Shown in pieces: positions 1 to 8,109 of a stretch of 64,000 nt of DNA. A program made the translations under genes and the position numbers. This DNA is from an uncultured Candidatus Saccharibacteria bacterium (GTDB lineage: Bacteria; Patescibacteriota; Minisyncoccia; Phycocordibacterales; JACOZG01). Below the pieces are notes generated by a model, which had not been told where the DNA came from, did no database searches, and saw only the letters and a program-made list of their open reading frames with translations. Where the stretch lies: the NCBI GenBank assembly GCA_964651115.1, contig CAZYXJ010000001.1, positions 213,077 to 277,076 of the forward strand, given 5' to 3'. How positions within the stretch are numbered: the first letter of the stretch is position 1; every line of letters begins with the position of its first letter.

Positions 1-143
1 ACTCCATTACTGCCGCTATCAAACTTCAGCCAACCCATATTAGGTGTCCAAGCCCAACCCTTAACCTCTTGAGTGGTTTGCGCAAAACCAATTCCCCACC
101 AACCAAAAAACAAAAGCACGGCGATCAGCCAGAAAGTTTTCAT
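1..143 (-). CDS. Secreted/anchored protein, N-terminal part only (gene runs off window start)
   Basis: ATG at 141-143(-), then signal-like MKTFWLIAVLLFFGWWGIGFAQ and an open frame to position 1. Below the ORF-track length cutoff. Confidence 0.45.
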   Translation of the reverse strand, partial: MKTFWLIAVLLFFGWWGIGFAQTTQEVKGWAWTPNMGWLKFDSGSNG

Positions 144-168
144 AGATGATTTAATTGTACACCCTTGC

Positions 169-1161
169 TTAGTCTTCTGCTTCGTCCTTATCCACAACCA
201 CCTGACGCGTACCCGCCGCGGTCTGCTTCAACGCTTCGATCAGTGGGTCTAACTCACCCGCTAAAACTTTTTCAATATTATGCCAAGACTCTTTTAAACG
301 ATGATCCGTAATCCGATCTTGAGCGAAATTATAGGTCCGGATCTTTTCGGAGCGATCGCCCGTACCAATCTGACTGCGACGCTCGCTCGAGAGCGCCGAG
401 GCGGCCGCTTCCGCCTCGGCGGCTTCGATCTTGCTTAACAAAATAGCCAAGGCCTTCTCTTTATTGCGCGCCTGACTCCGCTCACTTTGACAGCGCACCA
501 CTAAACCGGTGGGCTTATGCAAAATTCGAACCGCCGTTTCCACCTTGTTGACGTTTTGGCCGCCAGCGCCACCCGCTCGCGAAGTAATAATTTCCAACTG
601 GGATGGATCAATCGTCACCTTTTGCATCTCTCTAAAGGGCACGACGACCACCGACGCGGTGGAAGTGTGGATCCGACCCTGCTTTTCCGTCGCGGGTACG
701 CGCTGGACGCGATGGACGCCCGTCTCCCAACGCAATTCTTCATAGGCGCCTTCGCCAGAAATTTCGAACGAAGCTTCTTTGTAACCCCCGACTTCGTTTT
801 TCGATTCGTCAGACACGGTAAAGTCCCAGCCGCGACGCTCAGCGTAACGACGGTACATCTCGGCCAGTTCATAGGCAAACAAAGCCGACTCATCGCCACC
901 AGCACCGGCTCGCACCTCCAAAATTATTTTACGAGGTGAAGCCTGCTCGGCCGCGACCTCCTTGGTAACGATCTCCTCCATCTGTTGCCACAAGGTGGCG
1001 GCCAGGGCGTCGAGCGTCATTAACTCCTCGCGCGCCAAATCCGCCATCGAAGGATCGGCGGCGATTAAATTCTCGGTCTCCTGACGGCGAGCTAACACTC
1101 GATCATACTCGAGCGCCAAATACAGCGTCTTGGGATTAGTGCGAAATTGTTCGATAGACAT
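169..1161 (-). CDS. prfA: Peptide chain release factor 1
   Basis: GGQ motif ([12 protein letters not shown]) and RF1-type PxT tripeptide ([14 protein letters not shown]). Sits next to rpmE. Confidence 0.9.
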   Translation of the reverse strand: MSIEQFRTNPKTLYLALEYDRVLARRQETENLIAADPSMADLAREELMTLDALAATLWQQMEEIVTKEVAAEQASPRKIILEVRAGAGGDESALFAYELAEMYRRYAERRGWDFTVSDESKNEVGGYKEASFEISGEGAYEELRWETGVHRVQRVPATEKQGRIHTSTASVVVVPFREMQKVTIDPSQLEIITSRAGGAGGQNVNKVETAVRILHKPTGLVVRCQSERSQARNKEKALAILLSKIEAAEAEAAASALSSERRSQIGTGDRSEKIRTYNFAQDRITDHRLKESWHNIEKVLAGELDPLIEALKQTAAGTRQVVVDKDEAED

Positions 1162-1401
1162 CTACTCCGCGCGCTTCGCGGTGGTAGTGGAAGGAGACTT
1201 GGCTCGCGCGCGGCGGGCCTTAAACTTCTCTACCCGACCAGCGGCGTCCAAAACCTTTTCCATGCCGGTATAAAAAGGATGGCAGGCACTGCAAATTTCC
1301 ACTTCCAGTTTTTCCCGGGTGGATCCAACGGTAAAGGTCGCGCCACAAGCGCAAGTCACCTTAGCCGCTGGGTAATATTGGGGGTGAATCTCTTTCTGCA
1401 T
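1162..1401 (-). CDS. rpmE: 50S ribosomal protein L31
   Basis: 79 aa. [10 protein letters not shown]...CACG...[13 protein letters not shown] is the classic L31 pattern. Confidence 0.9.
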   Translation of the reverse strand: MQKEIHPQYYPAAKVTCACGATFTVGSTREKLEVEICSACHPFYTGMEKVLDAAGRVEKFKARRARAKSPSTTTAKRAE

Positions 1402-1424
1402 AGTGTCGGGATTATAGCAGTGAT

Positions 1425-2759
1425 TTATAAATTTTGCAAAGGATTAATCATATTCTCCTGAATATCGGCCGCCTTGGTCATTACCTGATTGCCATAGAAG
1501 GTGTTGGCTGGAGCCCGGTCATCGCAAGGCCGGCCAGAATAATAGCGACAAGCCGCGTTACGCTCGGCCGTAAAACCGCCCGCTCCAGCACCCAAATCCG
1601 CCAAGTACAAAGAGGAGGCCATAAAAGCGTCGGCTGGCTCCCAGGGGTCGGCCGTCTTTTTACCTAAAGCGCTGGCGATCCTCGTTTTAAACAATTCCCA
1701 GGTCGAAGGGATAAATTGCGCTGGCCCCATGGCGCCACCCCAACCGCCGCCCCACGGACACGAGAGGGGCAGACCCTCCGGGCTAATTCCTAACTCACCG
1801 ACGATCCGCAAGAACGGCGCGTGGTCGCGAGTCGGCTTCATGATGGCTTGCCACTGCTTTTCCGGTGGATCGCCAGGACGATTACAGGTCCCGACGTTCT
1901 GGCCCAGGTTGGACTCTTGAGTCAGAATGGCCAGAACTAAAGCGGCCCGGACCCCCGTCTTTTCGGCGGCGGCCGTGGCATATTCCAAAGCCTTACCAAA
2001 CGGGATCGCCGCCGAGTCTCGCAGGGCAAAGAGCGCGGCCCTAATCTGAGCGGCGCGCTTTTGGCGTTCGGCTAAAATCGTCTTGTACGCCGCCTCTTGA
2101 GTCTTGTTAACGCTGAGCAAAACTTGCTTGTCTTTCTCTTTGGCTTGGATAGTTCGCTGTTCGGCCTCAATTAACTTCTGCGCGTCGAGCTCCTTATTTT
2201 TGCGTTCTTCGAGGGCCGCCTTCTCGCGCCGAGCATCCTCTTGGGCTCCGCGCATCTCGGTAAAAGCATCGTGAATTGAACGTTGCACGAAAGCAAAATC
2301 ATCTACGTCAGTAAAAAAATCAGACAACTGACTGTTGTCGAGCAAAATTTCGACAAAAGAAGCGTTGTCAAAGTCGCGGGTCTTACGCAATAACTCGCCG
2401 AGCGAACCCTGCTCCCGTTTAATTTTTTGGGCCAAAGTTTCGATCTTACCTTCGCGCGCGACAATATCGTCCGCCAAACGCGAGACCTGAACTTGCTTGG
2501 CCTTGATACTAGTCTGCGCTCGCTGGATCTGCGACTTAAGCAAATCAATTTCGCCTTGGACGGTAGCAGTATCGCGCTGTTTGGCTTGGAGCAACTTGGT
2601 CTGTTCGGCAATCGCCCGCTCCTCGGCCTCCAGCTCGGCCTGCAACCGCGCGCGACGCGCCTCAATCTCCTCCACACTCTGCGCGCCAACTGGCCGACTA
2701 ATCGCCACCGCGCCAGTTAGCGCCAACACCAACCCAAAAAAAATAATCCCCCGTCTCAT
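1425..2759 (-). CDS. Coiled-coil protein with C-terminal lytic murein transglycosylase (SLT/MltB-like) domain
   Basis: Start moved to ATG at 2759 ([16 protein letters not shown] signal). Long heptad-like coiled coil, then ILTQESNLG and [13 protein letters not shown] motifs. The track's Arg-rich N-terminal extension overlaps the L25 gene. Confidence 0.75.
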   Translation of the reverse strand: MRRGIIFFGLVLALTGAVAISRPVGAQSVEEIEARRARLQAELEAEERAIAEQTKLLQAKQRDTATVQGEIDLLKSQIQRAQTSIKAKQVQVSRLADDIVAREGKIETLAQKIKREQGSLGELLRKTRDFDNASFVEILLDNSQLSDFFTDVDDFAFVQRSIHDAFTEMRGAQEDARREKAALEERKNKELDAQKLIEAEQRTIQAKEKDKQVLLSVNKTQEAAYKTILAERQKRAAQIRAALFALRDSAAIPFGKALEYATAAAEKTGVRAALVLAILTQESNLGQNVGTCNRPGDPPEKQWQAIMKPTRDHAPFLRIVGELGISPEGLPLSCPWGGGWGGAMGPAQFIPSTWELFKTRIASALGKKTADPWEPADAFMASSLYLADLGAGAGGFTAERNAACRYYSGRPCDDRAPANTFYGNQVMTKAADIQENMINPLQNL

Positions 2760-2802
2760 GTGGGGATTATTATAACAAATTTCTCTCGGCTGGTAACGAG
2801 GA

Positions 2803-3450
2803 TTAGGCAGCCGTGGCGGCCTCCTCGCCCTCCTCCACCTTCTTACCCTTCTTCTCAACCTCGATGGCCGAGAGATCAACTGGCGCCGTCTCAATTGGCT
2901 CATCCTTCGCGACAGCAATCGAAGCCACCACCTCCTCCGGGGCACTGAGAACCGTCACATCTTTGGGTACGCTCAAGTCCGAAACCAAAATTTGGCTGTC
3001 CAAAGAAACTAATTTAGAAATATCAACCTCAATATCGTGAGGAATGTTCATTGGCAAAACTTCTACTTCCAATTCGTAAAGCACCTTAACCAAAGTACCA
3101 CCGAGATCCTTAACGGCGGAGGCCACGCCCTCGAAGCGGAGGGGCACATTAACCTTAACCGTCTTGGTCTTATCGACAGCGTAGAGATCGGCGTGCAGAG
3201 GCTCGCCGCTCACGGGATGAACCATCACGTCATGGATCAAAACGTCGGCCTTAACCTCGCCGGCATCAATCGTTACCATACTCGACTCACCAGCCGTGGC
3301 GAGCAATTTTTTGAACTCCTTAGTATTAAGAAGAAGAGAGGTGGTCTCCTGCTTAGGACCATACAAAACCGCAGGCATTTGACCAGCTAATCGGACACTC
3401 TTGAGCTTTTTGCCGAAGACAGAACGCTTTTCGGCCATAATTTTTTGCAT
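2803..3450 (-). CDS. rplY: 50S ribosomal protein L25/general stress protein Ctc
   Basis: GKKLKSVRLAGQMPAVLYGPKQ N-terminus plus an acidic C-terminal extension. The start could be ATG 3438 instead. Confidence 0.85.
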   Translation of the reverse strand: MQKIMAEKRSVFGKKLKSVRLAGQMPAVLYGPKQETTSLLLNTKEFKKLLATAGESSMVTIDAGEVKADVLIHDVMVHPVSGEPLHADLYAVDKTKTVKVNVPLRFEGVASAVKDLGGTLVKVLYELEVEVLPMNIPHDIEVDISKLVSLDSQILVSDLSVPKDVTVLSAPEEVVASIAVAKDEPIETAPVDLSAIEVEKKGKKVEEGEEAATAA

Positions 3451-3497
3451 GACAGATAGTATAGCGAAAAGCGGCCAGATGTCAAAATCAGTGGACC

Positions 3498-4475
3498 TTA
3501 AGCGGCCGTCACCAAATTGGGCGGCGTCTGGCCCGCCAGCGCCGCCAAAATATTGTCGGCCGCCAAACGAGCCATGTCGTCTCGGGTCTCAAAAGTAGCG
3601 GAGGCAATGTGTGGCGTTAAAACGACGTTAGGTAAATCCTTCAACCCCGCCGCCAGAGTGGGCTCATTTTCATAAACATCCAAGCCCGCACCGGCGATCT
3701 GGCCAGAACGCAAGGCCTCCACCAGCGCGGCCTCGTCAATCACCGGACCACGAGCCGTATTTACGATTACCGCACTCGGCTTCATTAACGCCAGCCGCTC
3801 GCGATTAATCAAATGGCGCGTCTCGGGCGTCAGATTAACGTGGAGCGAAACGTAATCCGCCACCGTCAACACCTCCTCCACCGTAGACTTAAACTCAGCG
3901 CCAAATTCTTTCTCAAATTCTTCGTTCCGCTTAACGTCAAAGTAGACCACCTTCATGCCAAAACCGCGGGACGCAAAGTGAGCCAACTTAGAACCAATCC
4001 GACCGGCGCCGACAATGCCAAGCGTCCGGCCATAAAGATCTGGGGTCAAAAAAATCATTGGCGCCCAGCCGACATACTTGCCGTCGCGGACAAATTGATC
4101 CGCCTCGACGATCCGCCGCCCCACCGCCACCAGAAGAGCCAAGGCATGCTCAGCGACGCTCTGACTGGTCGAGGGCGCGGGCGTGTTGGTGATCATCACG
4201 CCACGCTTTTTGGCCTCAACCAGATCAACGTTATCAAAACCCACCGCGTAGTTAGCAAAAATCTTCGCTGTCGGGACGGCCTCAAAAACTTCGGCATCAA
4301 TCTTGTCGGTCAAGAGCGGTAAAACGGCGTCATACGGCTTAGCCCGAAGCGCGGTTAATAACTCCTCGCGCGAGAGAAGGCCATCCTTAGGGCTCACGTC
4401 CACCTCGTGCCCCTTCTCGCGCAACATCTGTTCTGCCAAATCCGGAATTTTCCGGGTAATGTAAATTTTTCCCAT
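3498..4475 (-). CDS. D-isomer-specific 2-hydroxyacid dehydrogenase (glyoxylate/hydroxypyruvate reductase-like)
   Basis: Rossmann GIVGAGRIGSKLA, and RGPVIDEAAL...GAGLDVYENEP...PHIASAT catalytic-region pattern. Confidence 0.85.
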   Translation of the reverse strand: MGKIYITRKIPDLAEQMLREKGHEVDVSPKDGLLSREELLTALRAKPYDAVLPLLTDKIDAEVFEAVPTAKIFANYAVGFDNVDLVEAKKRGVMITNTPAPSTSQSVAEHALALLVAVGRRIVEADQFVRDGKYVGWAPMIFLTPDLYGRTLGIVGAGRIGSKLAHFASRGFGMKVVYFDVKRNEEFEKEFGAEFKSTVEEVLTVADYVSLHVNLTPETRHLINRERLALMKPSAVIVNTARGPVIDEAALVEALRSGQIAGAGLDVYENEPTLAAGLKDLPNVVLTPHIASATFETRDDMARLAADNILAALAGQTPPNLVTAA

Positions 4476-4487
4476 TTATTAATTGTA

Positions 4488-5504
4488 TCATAAGGATTCA
4501 ATTTTTCTTCTAAGTTTCCAACCATTGCCGTGATCCAATAAACCCAAATATGATTGAACTGTCTCCGACTTAACTCCTGCTTTATTTATCCGTTTAAACA
4601 TTCGTCGTCTTGTCATAGTCCGCAGAACACGATGTTTTGAAAATTGGACCCACCCTAGAAAATCAACACCAGAGGAAACTCGCTCGAGAAGAATTTTGTT
4701 GGGATGAAACTCTAACTTCAGTTTCTCTTTTAAGAATTCGGCAATTTCGGGTGCGAGCTTGACTAGACGATCTTTATCGCGACCAACAATGACAAAATCG
4801 TCCGCGTAGCGAAGATAATGCCTCGCTTTCAAGCTATGCTTCATAAACTGATCGAGCTCGTTTAGATAAACATTGGCAAAAAGTTGGGAAGTAAGATTAC
4901 CGAGAGGCAGGCCCTGGCCGGGTACGCCCGAATTAAAACTGTAAATTATTTTCTCGATCAGCCAGATAATACCCTGGTCAGGAATCTTTTTCCTCAATAA
5001 ATCGATCAGTATTGCTCGATCGATGCTAGCAAAAAATTTGCGAATGTCACACTTCAAAACCCAAACCATTTTGGTGTTGTTTCGAGAAAGCTTGGCCGTA
5101 ATTAGGGCAAATTTTTTAATTGCTTTGTGAGTACCTTTTCCGTTGCGACAAGAATAGGAGTCAGAAATAAATCTTGGATGGAAAAACCAGTAAAGCCGGC
5201 GATAAACGGCTCGATGTAAAACCCGATCACGCACGGATGCCTTATGGATCACTCGCCGCTTGGGGTCGTTAATGATGAAAACTTTGTAAGCCGAATGATG
5301 GTATGTCTTAGCCACTAAATCCTCGTGAAGTGAAATAATGTTGGCCATCAGGTTTCGTTCAAATTCCTGCACGTCTTTTCGATTCCGTTTCCCTCTCACG
5401 AATTCCTGCCAGGCCGCGAGCAGATTAGCGAGCGAGACGATATTGTCATATTTTATGGTAGGTGCTATCTTGGCCGAAAATGCTACCGGTAAGCCCCCCC
5501 CCAA
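4488..5504 (-). CDS. DGR-type reverse transcriptase
   Basis: RT motifs including YADDFVIV. Has LGNLTSQLFANVYLNELD (the [ILV]GxxxSQ variant typical of DGR RTs). Lies next to the TR/VR pair. The only in-frame start is TTG at 5504, inside a G9 run. Confidence 0.85.
   Translation of the reverse strand: MGGGLPVAFSAKIAPTIKYDNIVSLANLLAAWQEFVRGKRNRKDVQEFERNLMANIISLHEDLVAKTYHHSAYKVFIINDPKRRVIHKASVRDRVLHRAVYRRLYWFFHPRFISDSYSCRNGKGTHKAIKKFALITAKLSRNNTKMVWVLKCDIRKFFASIDRAILIDLLRKKIPDQGIIWLIEKIIYSFNSGVPGQGLPLGNLTSQLFANVYLNELDQFMKHSLKARHYLRYADDFVIVGRDKDRLVKLAPEIAEFLKEKLKLEFHPNKILLERVSSGVDFLGWVQFSKHRVLRTMTRRRMFKRINKAGVKSETVQSYLGLLDHGNGWKLRRKIESL
5494..5502. repeat. Homopolymer C9 (+) / G9 (-) tract at the RT start codon
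   Basis: Counted directly: aagCCCCCCCCCaacc. On the minus strand it reads TTG GGG GGG GGC. Confidence 0.9.
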
Positions 5505-5513
5505 CCGAAGTTA

Positions 5514-5906
5514 TTGCCTCTTTTGCAAAAGGTGAAGATTGCATACTTATTGTGGTATGAATATTACCAAATTTTGCCAAAAACACATCGACACTCACTC
5601 GGTAAGAAAATTGATACGTTGTGGATCGAGATTATCGAAGCCATTGCGATTGCAAGCTATTTAGGCAAAGGAGAGAAACAACCCTGGGTGAGATTGGCAA
5701 TAAGGAAAACTGATACACTCAAGATATTGCTCTTGGTACTTTGGGAAACTAAATCACTGGATAATAAAAAATATATCGCCCTGTCTTTACCCCTGGAGGA
5801 AATTGGCAAAATGCTTGGCGGTTGGAATGGGCAAATTTTGAGACAATTACAACAAGAACAATTAAAGAAAAACTCTCCCACCAAAGCAGGAGAGAAAATG
5901 AAGTGA
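5514..5906 (+). CDS. avd: Avd-like DGR accessory protein (four-helix-bundle, 23S rRNA-IVS protein family-like)
   Basis: 130 aa, all-helical pattern (KIAYLLWYEYYQILPKTHRHSLGKKID...IEAIAIASY...LKILLLVLWE...IGKMLGGW) with a basic tail. Wedged between RT and TR. TTG start at 5514, or GVG-type GTG at 5529. Confidence 0.7.
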   Translation: MPLLQKVKIAYLLWYEYYQILPKTHRHSLGKKIDTLWIEIIEAIAIASYLGKGEKQPWVRLAIRKTDTLKILLLVLWETKSLDNKKYIALSLPLEEIGKMLGGWNGQILRQLQQEQLKKNSPTKAGEKMK

Positions 5907-5907
5907 G

Positions 5908-6029
5908 TTGCGACGAAACGCAAACCAGTCATTGGAGTTACCGTAGTTCTCGAGCCAGTTGAGGTTCGCCTTGCGCCTCGAGTCGTTCCACCAAACGTTG
6001 CACGCCTGGCGATCGCCATCGAAGAAATA
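5908..6029 (-). repeat. DGR template repeat (TR)
   Basis: 122 bp matching 6408-6529. All 22 differences fall at its minus-strand adenines. In frame it carries seven AAY codons. Confidence 0.88.
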
Positions 6030-6275
6030 GTGTAAGGTGTCATCCGAGTCACCATCTCTTGTCGCCAACACAGGACGATTCGAGATCGAATATTATTCGG
6101 CATCTATAATGCCCTAGCACTCTACACCAAGTAGCTTCATTTTTTATTGAAGGATCTGCGTAAATCCTCCGTCGGAAATCGTAATCGCCGACGCTCTCAA
6201 TTTACAGACACTGGTTTCAGTAGCGAGCAACCCTGATCGCCCACATATTCACCTACTCCCGTCTTTAATTTTAGC

Positions 6276-6305
6276 AAAGAAAAATCCCACACGCGAAGTG
6301 TAGGA
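6276..6305 (-). terminator. Hairpin plus T-run downstream of the DGR target gene
   Basis: Minus strand: TCCTACAC-TTCGC-GTGTGGGA (8 bp, one G-U pair) followed by TTTTTCTTT. Lies 84 nt after the stop codon. Confidence 0.5.
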
Positions 6306-6388
6306 TTCCATTGTTTACGTTTTGGATTACGTTTGGCAAAAATTGCCGAAGAGCAAAATCCAAAGGATCTGAAAAATCTCCAAGGACC

Positions 6389-7048
6389 TTAGGCCTGAGG
6401 ACGAAGCTTGCGACGAAACGCAAACCAGTCACCGGAGCGACCGCAGACCTCGAGCCAGCAGAGGCGCGCCCCGCGCCCCGAGTCGCCCCACCAAACGCGG
6501 CACGCCAGGCGAACGCCAACGAAGAAACACTCCTTGGTGGCCACCACATACATCGGGTCTAATCCCAGTTCCCGATGAAGAGTGGGATAATGTTCGCCAA
6601 TAGCGAACACTTCTCGTGGGTCAGTGCGCTCGAGTCCGAACTGCTCCGCCCAAGCGATAGCCTTGCTCCAGTTGCCACCCCGTGGGAAGTTGAGAAGGAT
6701 GATTTCCTCCTCTTCTTCCACACCTTCTCCCGGCGGATACTGGTCGCCCACCTTCCGGACGTTGTAGTCCAAAGGAGTGTTGGGACCGGCGGCATTCAGC
6801 GCTTCCGACCACTTGCGTCCTTTGTTGAAGCGAACGCGGATCGTGTGGATGCGAGCGCCCGGTGGCGGGATAAGCGGTAAGCCAATGGTGATCGGTAGCC
6901 CAGCCTCGATTCCATCGAGAACACGACCCAGAGTTCCATCGTCAAGTGCCGTTTGCAGGCGGGCTCGACTCATCTTTTTGTCCCGTACCATTTGAACAAA
7001 CTGTCTTCCCTGACCATCGGTCGCGGTTACAACCTTTTCAGTGGTCAT
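6389..7048 (-). CDS. DGR variable (target) protein, C-terminal CLec/DUF1566-like variable region
   Basis: 219-aa ORF whose last ~40 codons are the VR. No N-terminal signal or TM segment. Scaffold reads ...VWWGDS...WFAFRR. Confidence 0.85.
   Translation of the reverse strand: MTTEKVVTATDGQGRQFVQMVRDKKMSRARLQTALDDGTLGRVLDGIEAGLPITIGLPLIPPPGARIHTIRVRFNKGRKWSEALNAAGPNTPLDYNVRKVGDQYPPGEGVEEEEEIILLNFPRGGNWSKAIAWAEQFGLERTDPREVFAIGEHYPTLHRELGLDPMYVVATKECFFVGVRLACRVWWGDSGRGARLCWLEVCGRSGDWFAFRRKLRPQA
6408..6529 (-). repeat. DGR variable repeat (VR)
   Basis: Copy of the TR offset by exactly 500 bp. 22 of 27 TR adenine positions are substituted and 0 of 95 other positions differ. Ends 17 nt before the stop codon. 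Confidence 0.88.
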
Positions 7049-7146
7049 AACTATACCTTTCTTAACATGCCCCCTTTAAGCCCCAGCCACAAGCTGAGAC
7101 CAGAAGCGGGCAAAATGCGTGTTTTACATCAAAGAACTACATTTAT

Positions 7147-7176
7147 AATATACACTCATTTATGCCGAGTTGTCAA
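7147..7176 (-). promoter_or_regulatory. Candidate sigma70-type promoter for the DGR target gene
   Basis: Minus strand TTGACA (7171-7176), N18, TATATT (7147-7152). About 95-nt leader. GAAAGG Shine-Dalgarno before the ATG. Confidence 0.3.
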
Positions 7177-7203
7177 GCCGGCTGAATCTGCTAGAATATG
7201 GCT

Positions 7204-8067
7204 CTAAATGTGGCTAAAAAGTTTTAATTTTTGCTCAACGAGCTTGGTCATTGCCGCCAGGGCTGGCTTTAAGAATTTGCAAGGCGCAACCTCATCAGGA
7301 TTTTCTTGCAACGATAGTTTAAGGCCGTCGCGGTAAGCCACGCGCAGCTCGGTATTGATGTGGACAACGGCAACACCACCCTCGATCGCGCCACGAAAAT
7401 CGCTCTCGCTATTACCCGAGCCGCCATGCAGAACCAGAGGCACACCCGCCGCCGCCCGGATGGCGGCAATACGCGCCAGATCGAGCTTGGGATCAGGTCG
7501 GCCGCGCAACATCCCGTGGATGTTGCCGACGGCTGGCGCCAAAAGGTCAACGCCCGTGGCCACCACAAACTCGGCGGCCTGCTCGGGCTTAGTCAGATCG
7601 TCACCGAGCGCGGCGCCAGCCGGCACCTCGTCGAGCACCTTCGACGAGGTGCCAATATAACCCAGCTCGCCCTCCACCAGCACGTCCCGACCACTAGAAT
7701 GCGCGTACTCCACCACCTTACGAGCGGTCGCCACATTCTCCTCAAACGGTAATTGCGCGCCGTCAAAAATAACCGCGTCAAAACCAGCGTCAATGGCCTC
7801 GACTGCTCGCTCGTAAGAATAAGTATGGTCGGCATTAAGAAAAATCGGGTAGGCAAATTGTTCGCGCAGACTCTTAACCAACGTCGCGATCTGCCGAACG
7901 CCAATAAAGTCTCGCTCGCCCTCCGAAACGCCGATGATCACCGGCAGAGAGAGAGCGCGCGCGGCATTAAATACTGCCCAGACCGCATTAGAATCCGAAA
8001 TATTAAAATGCCCCACCGCCACCCGACGCTCCGCCGCCTCTAGAATGTATTCTCGTAACGTTTTCAT
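7204..8067 (-). CDS. fba: Class II fructose-bisphosphate aldolase
   Basis: Start moved to ATG 8067 (MKTLREYILEA). VAVGHFN, FLNADHT, LVLHGGSG motifs. Confidence 0.9.
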   Translation of the reverse strand: MKTLREYILEAAERRVAVGHFNISDSNAVWAVFNAARALSLPVIIGVSEGERDFIGVRQIATLVKSLREQFAYPIFLNADHTYSYERAVEAIDAGFDAVIFDGAQLPFEENVATARKVVEYAHSSGRDVLVEGELGYIGTSSKVLDEVPAGAALGDDLTKPEQAAEFVVATGVDLLAPAVGNIHGMLRGRPDPKLDLARIAAIRAAAGVPLVLHGGSGNSESDFRGAIEGGVAVVHINTELRVAYRDGLKLSLQENPDEVAPCKFLKPALAAMTKLVEQKLKLFSHI

Positions 8068-8109
8068 GCCAAAAGTATACCACAGCCACTGCATGATATA
8101 CTGGAGGAC

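Noticed and set aside
509-939. Plus- and minus-strand ORFs inside prfA (509-745, 517-939, 615-905)
   Set aside because: They are nested in or antisense to a full-length RF1 gene with intact GGQ and PxT motifs. The same reasoning applies to the many short antisense ORFs inside groEL, gap, tkt, fba and the helicase gene.
2760-2945. Arg-rich 62-aa N-terminal extension of the transglycosylase ORF
   Set aside because: It overlaps the 3' end of the L25 gene and is a low-complexity RRR/PRL run. A proper signal peptide starts at the internal ATG at 2759.
5657-6103. Track ORFs 5657-6103(-) and 5862-6071(-), which span the template repeat
   Set aside because: 5862-6071 is simply the TR read in the VR frame, a non-expressed template copy of the target's C-terminus. 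5657-6103 is another frame running antisense to avd. Neither has an independent gene context.
6271-6562. ORFs 6271-6549(-) and 6311-6562(+), which overlap the VR
   Set aside because: These are alternative frames of the GC-rich VR and target 3' end. Their translations are Arg/Ala/Pro-rich and low-complexity, and the real frame is fixed by the TR/VR codon pattern.
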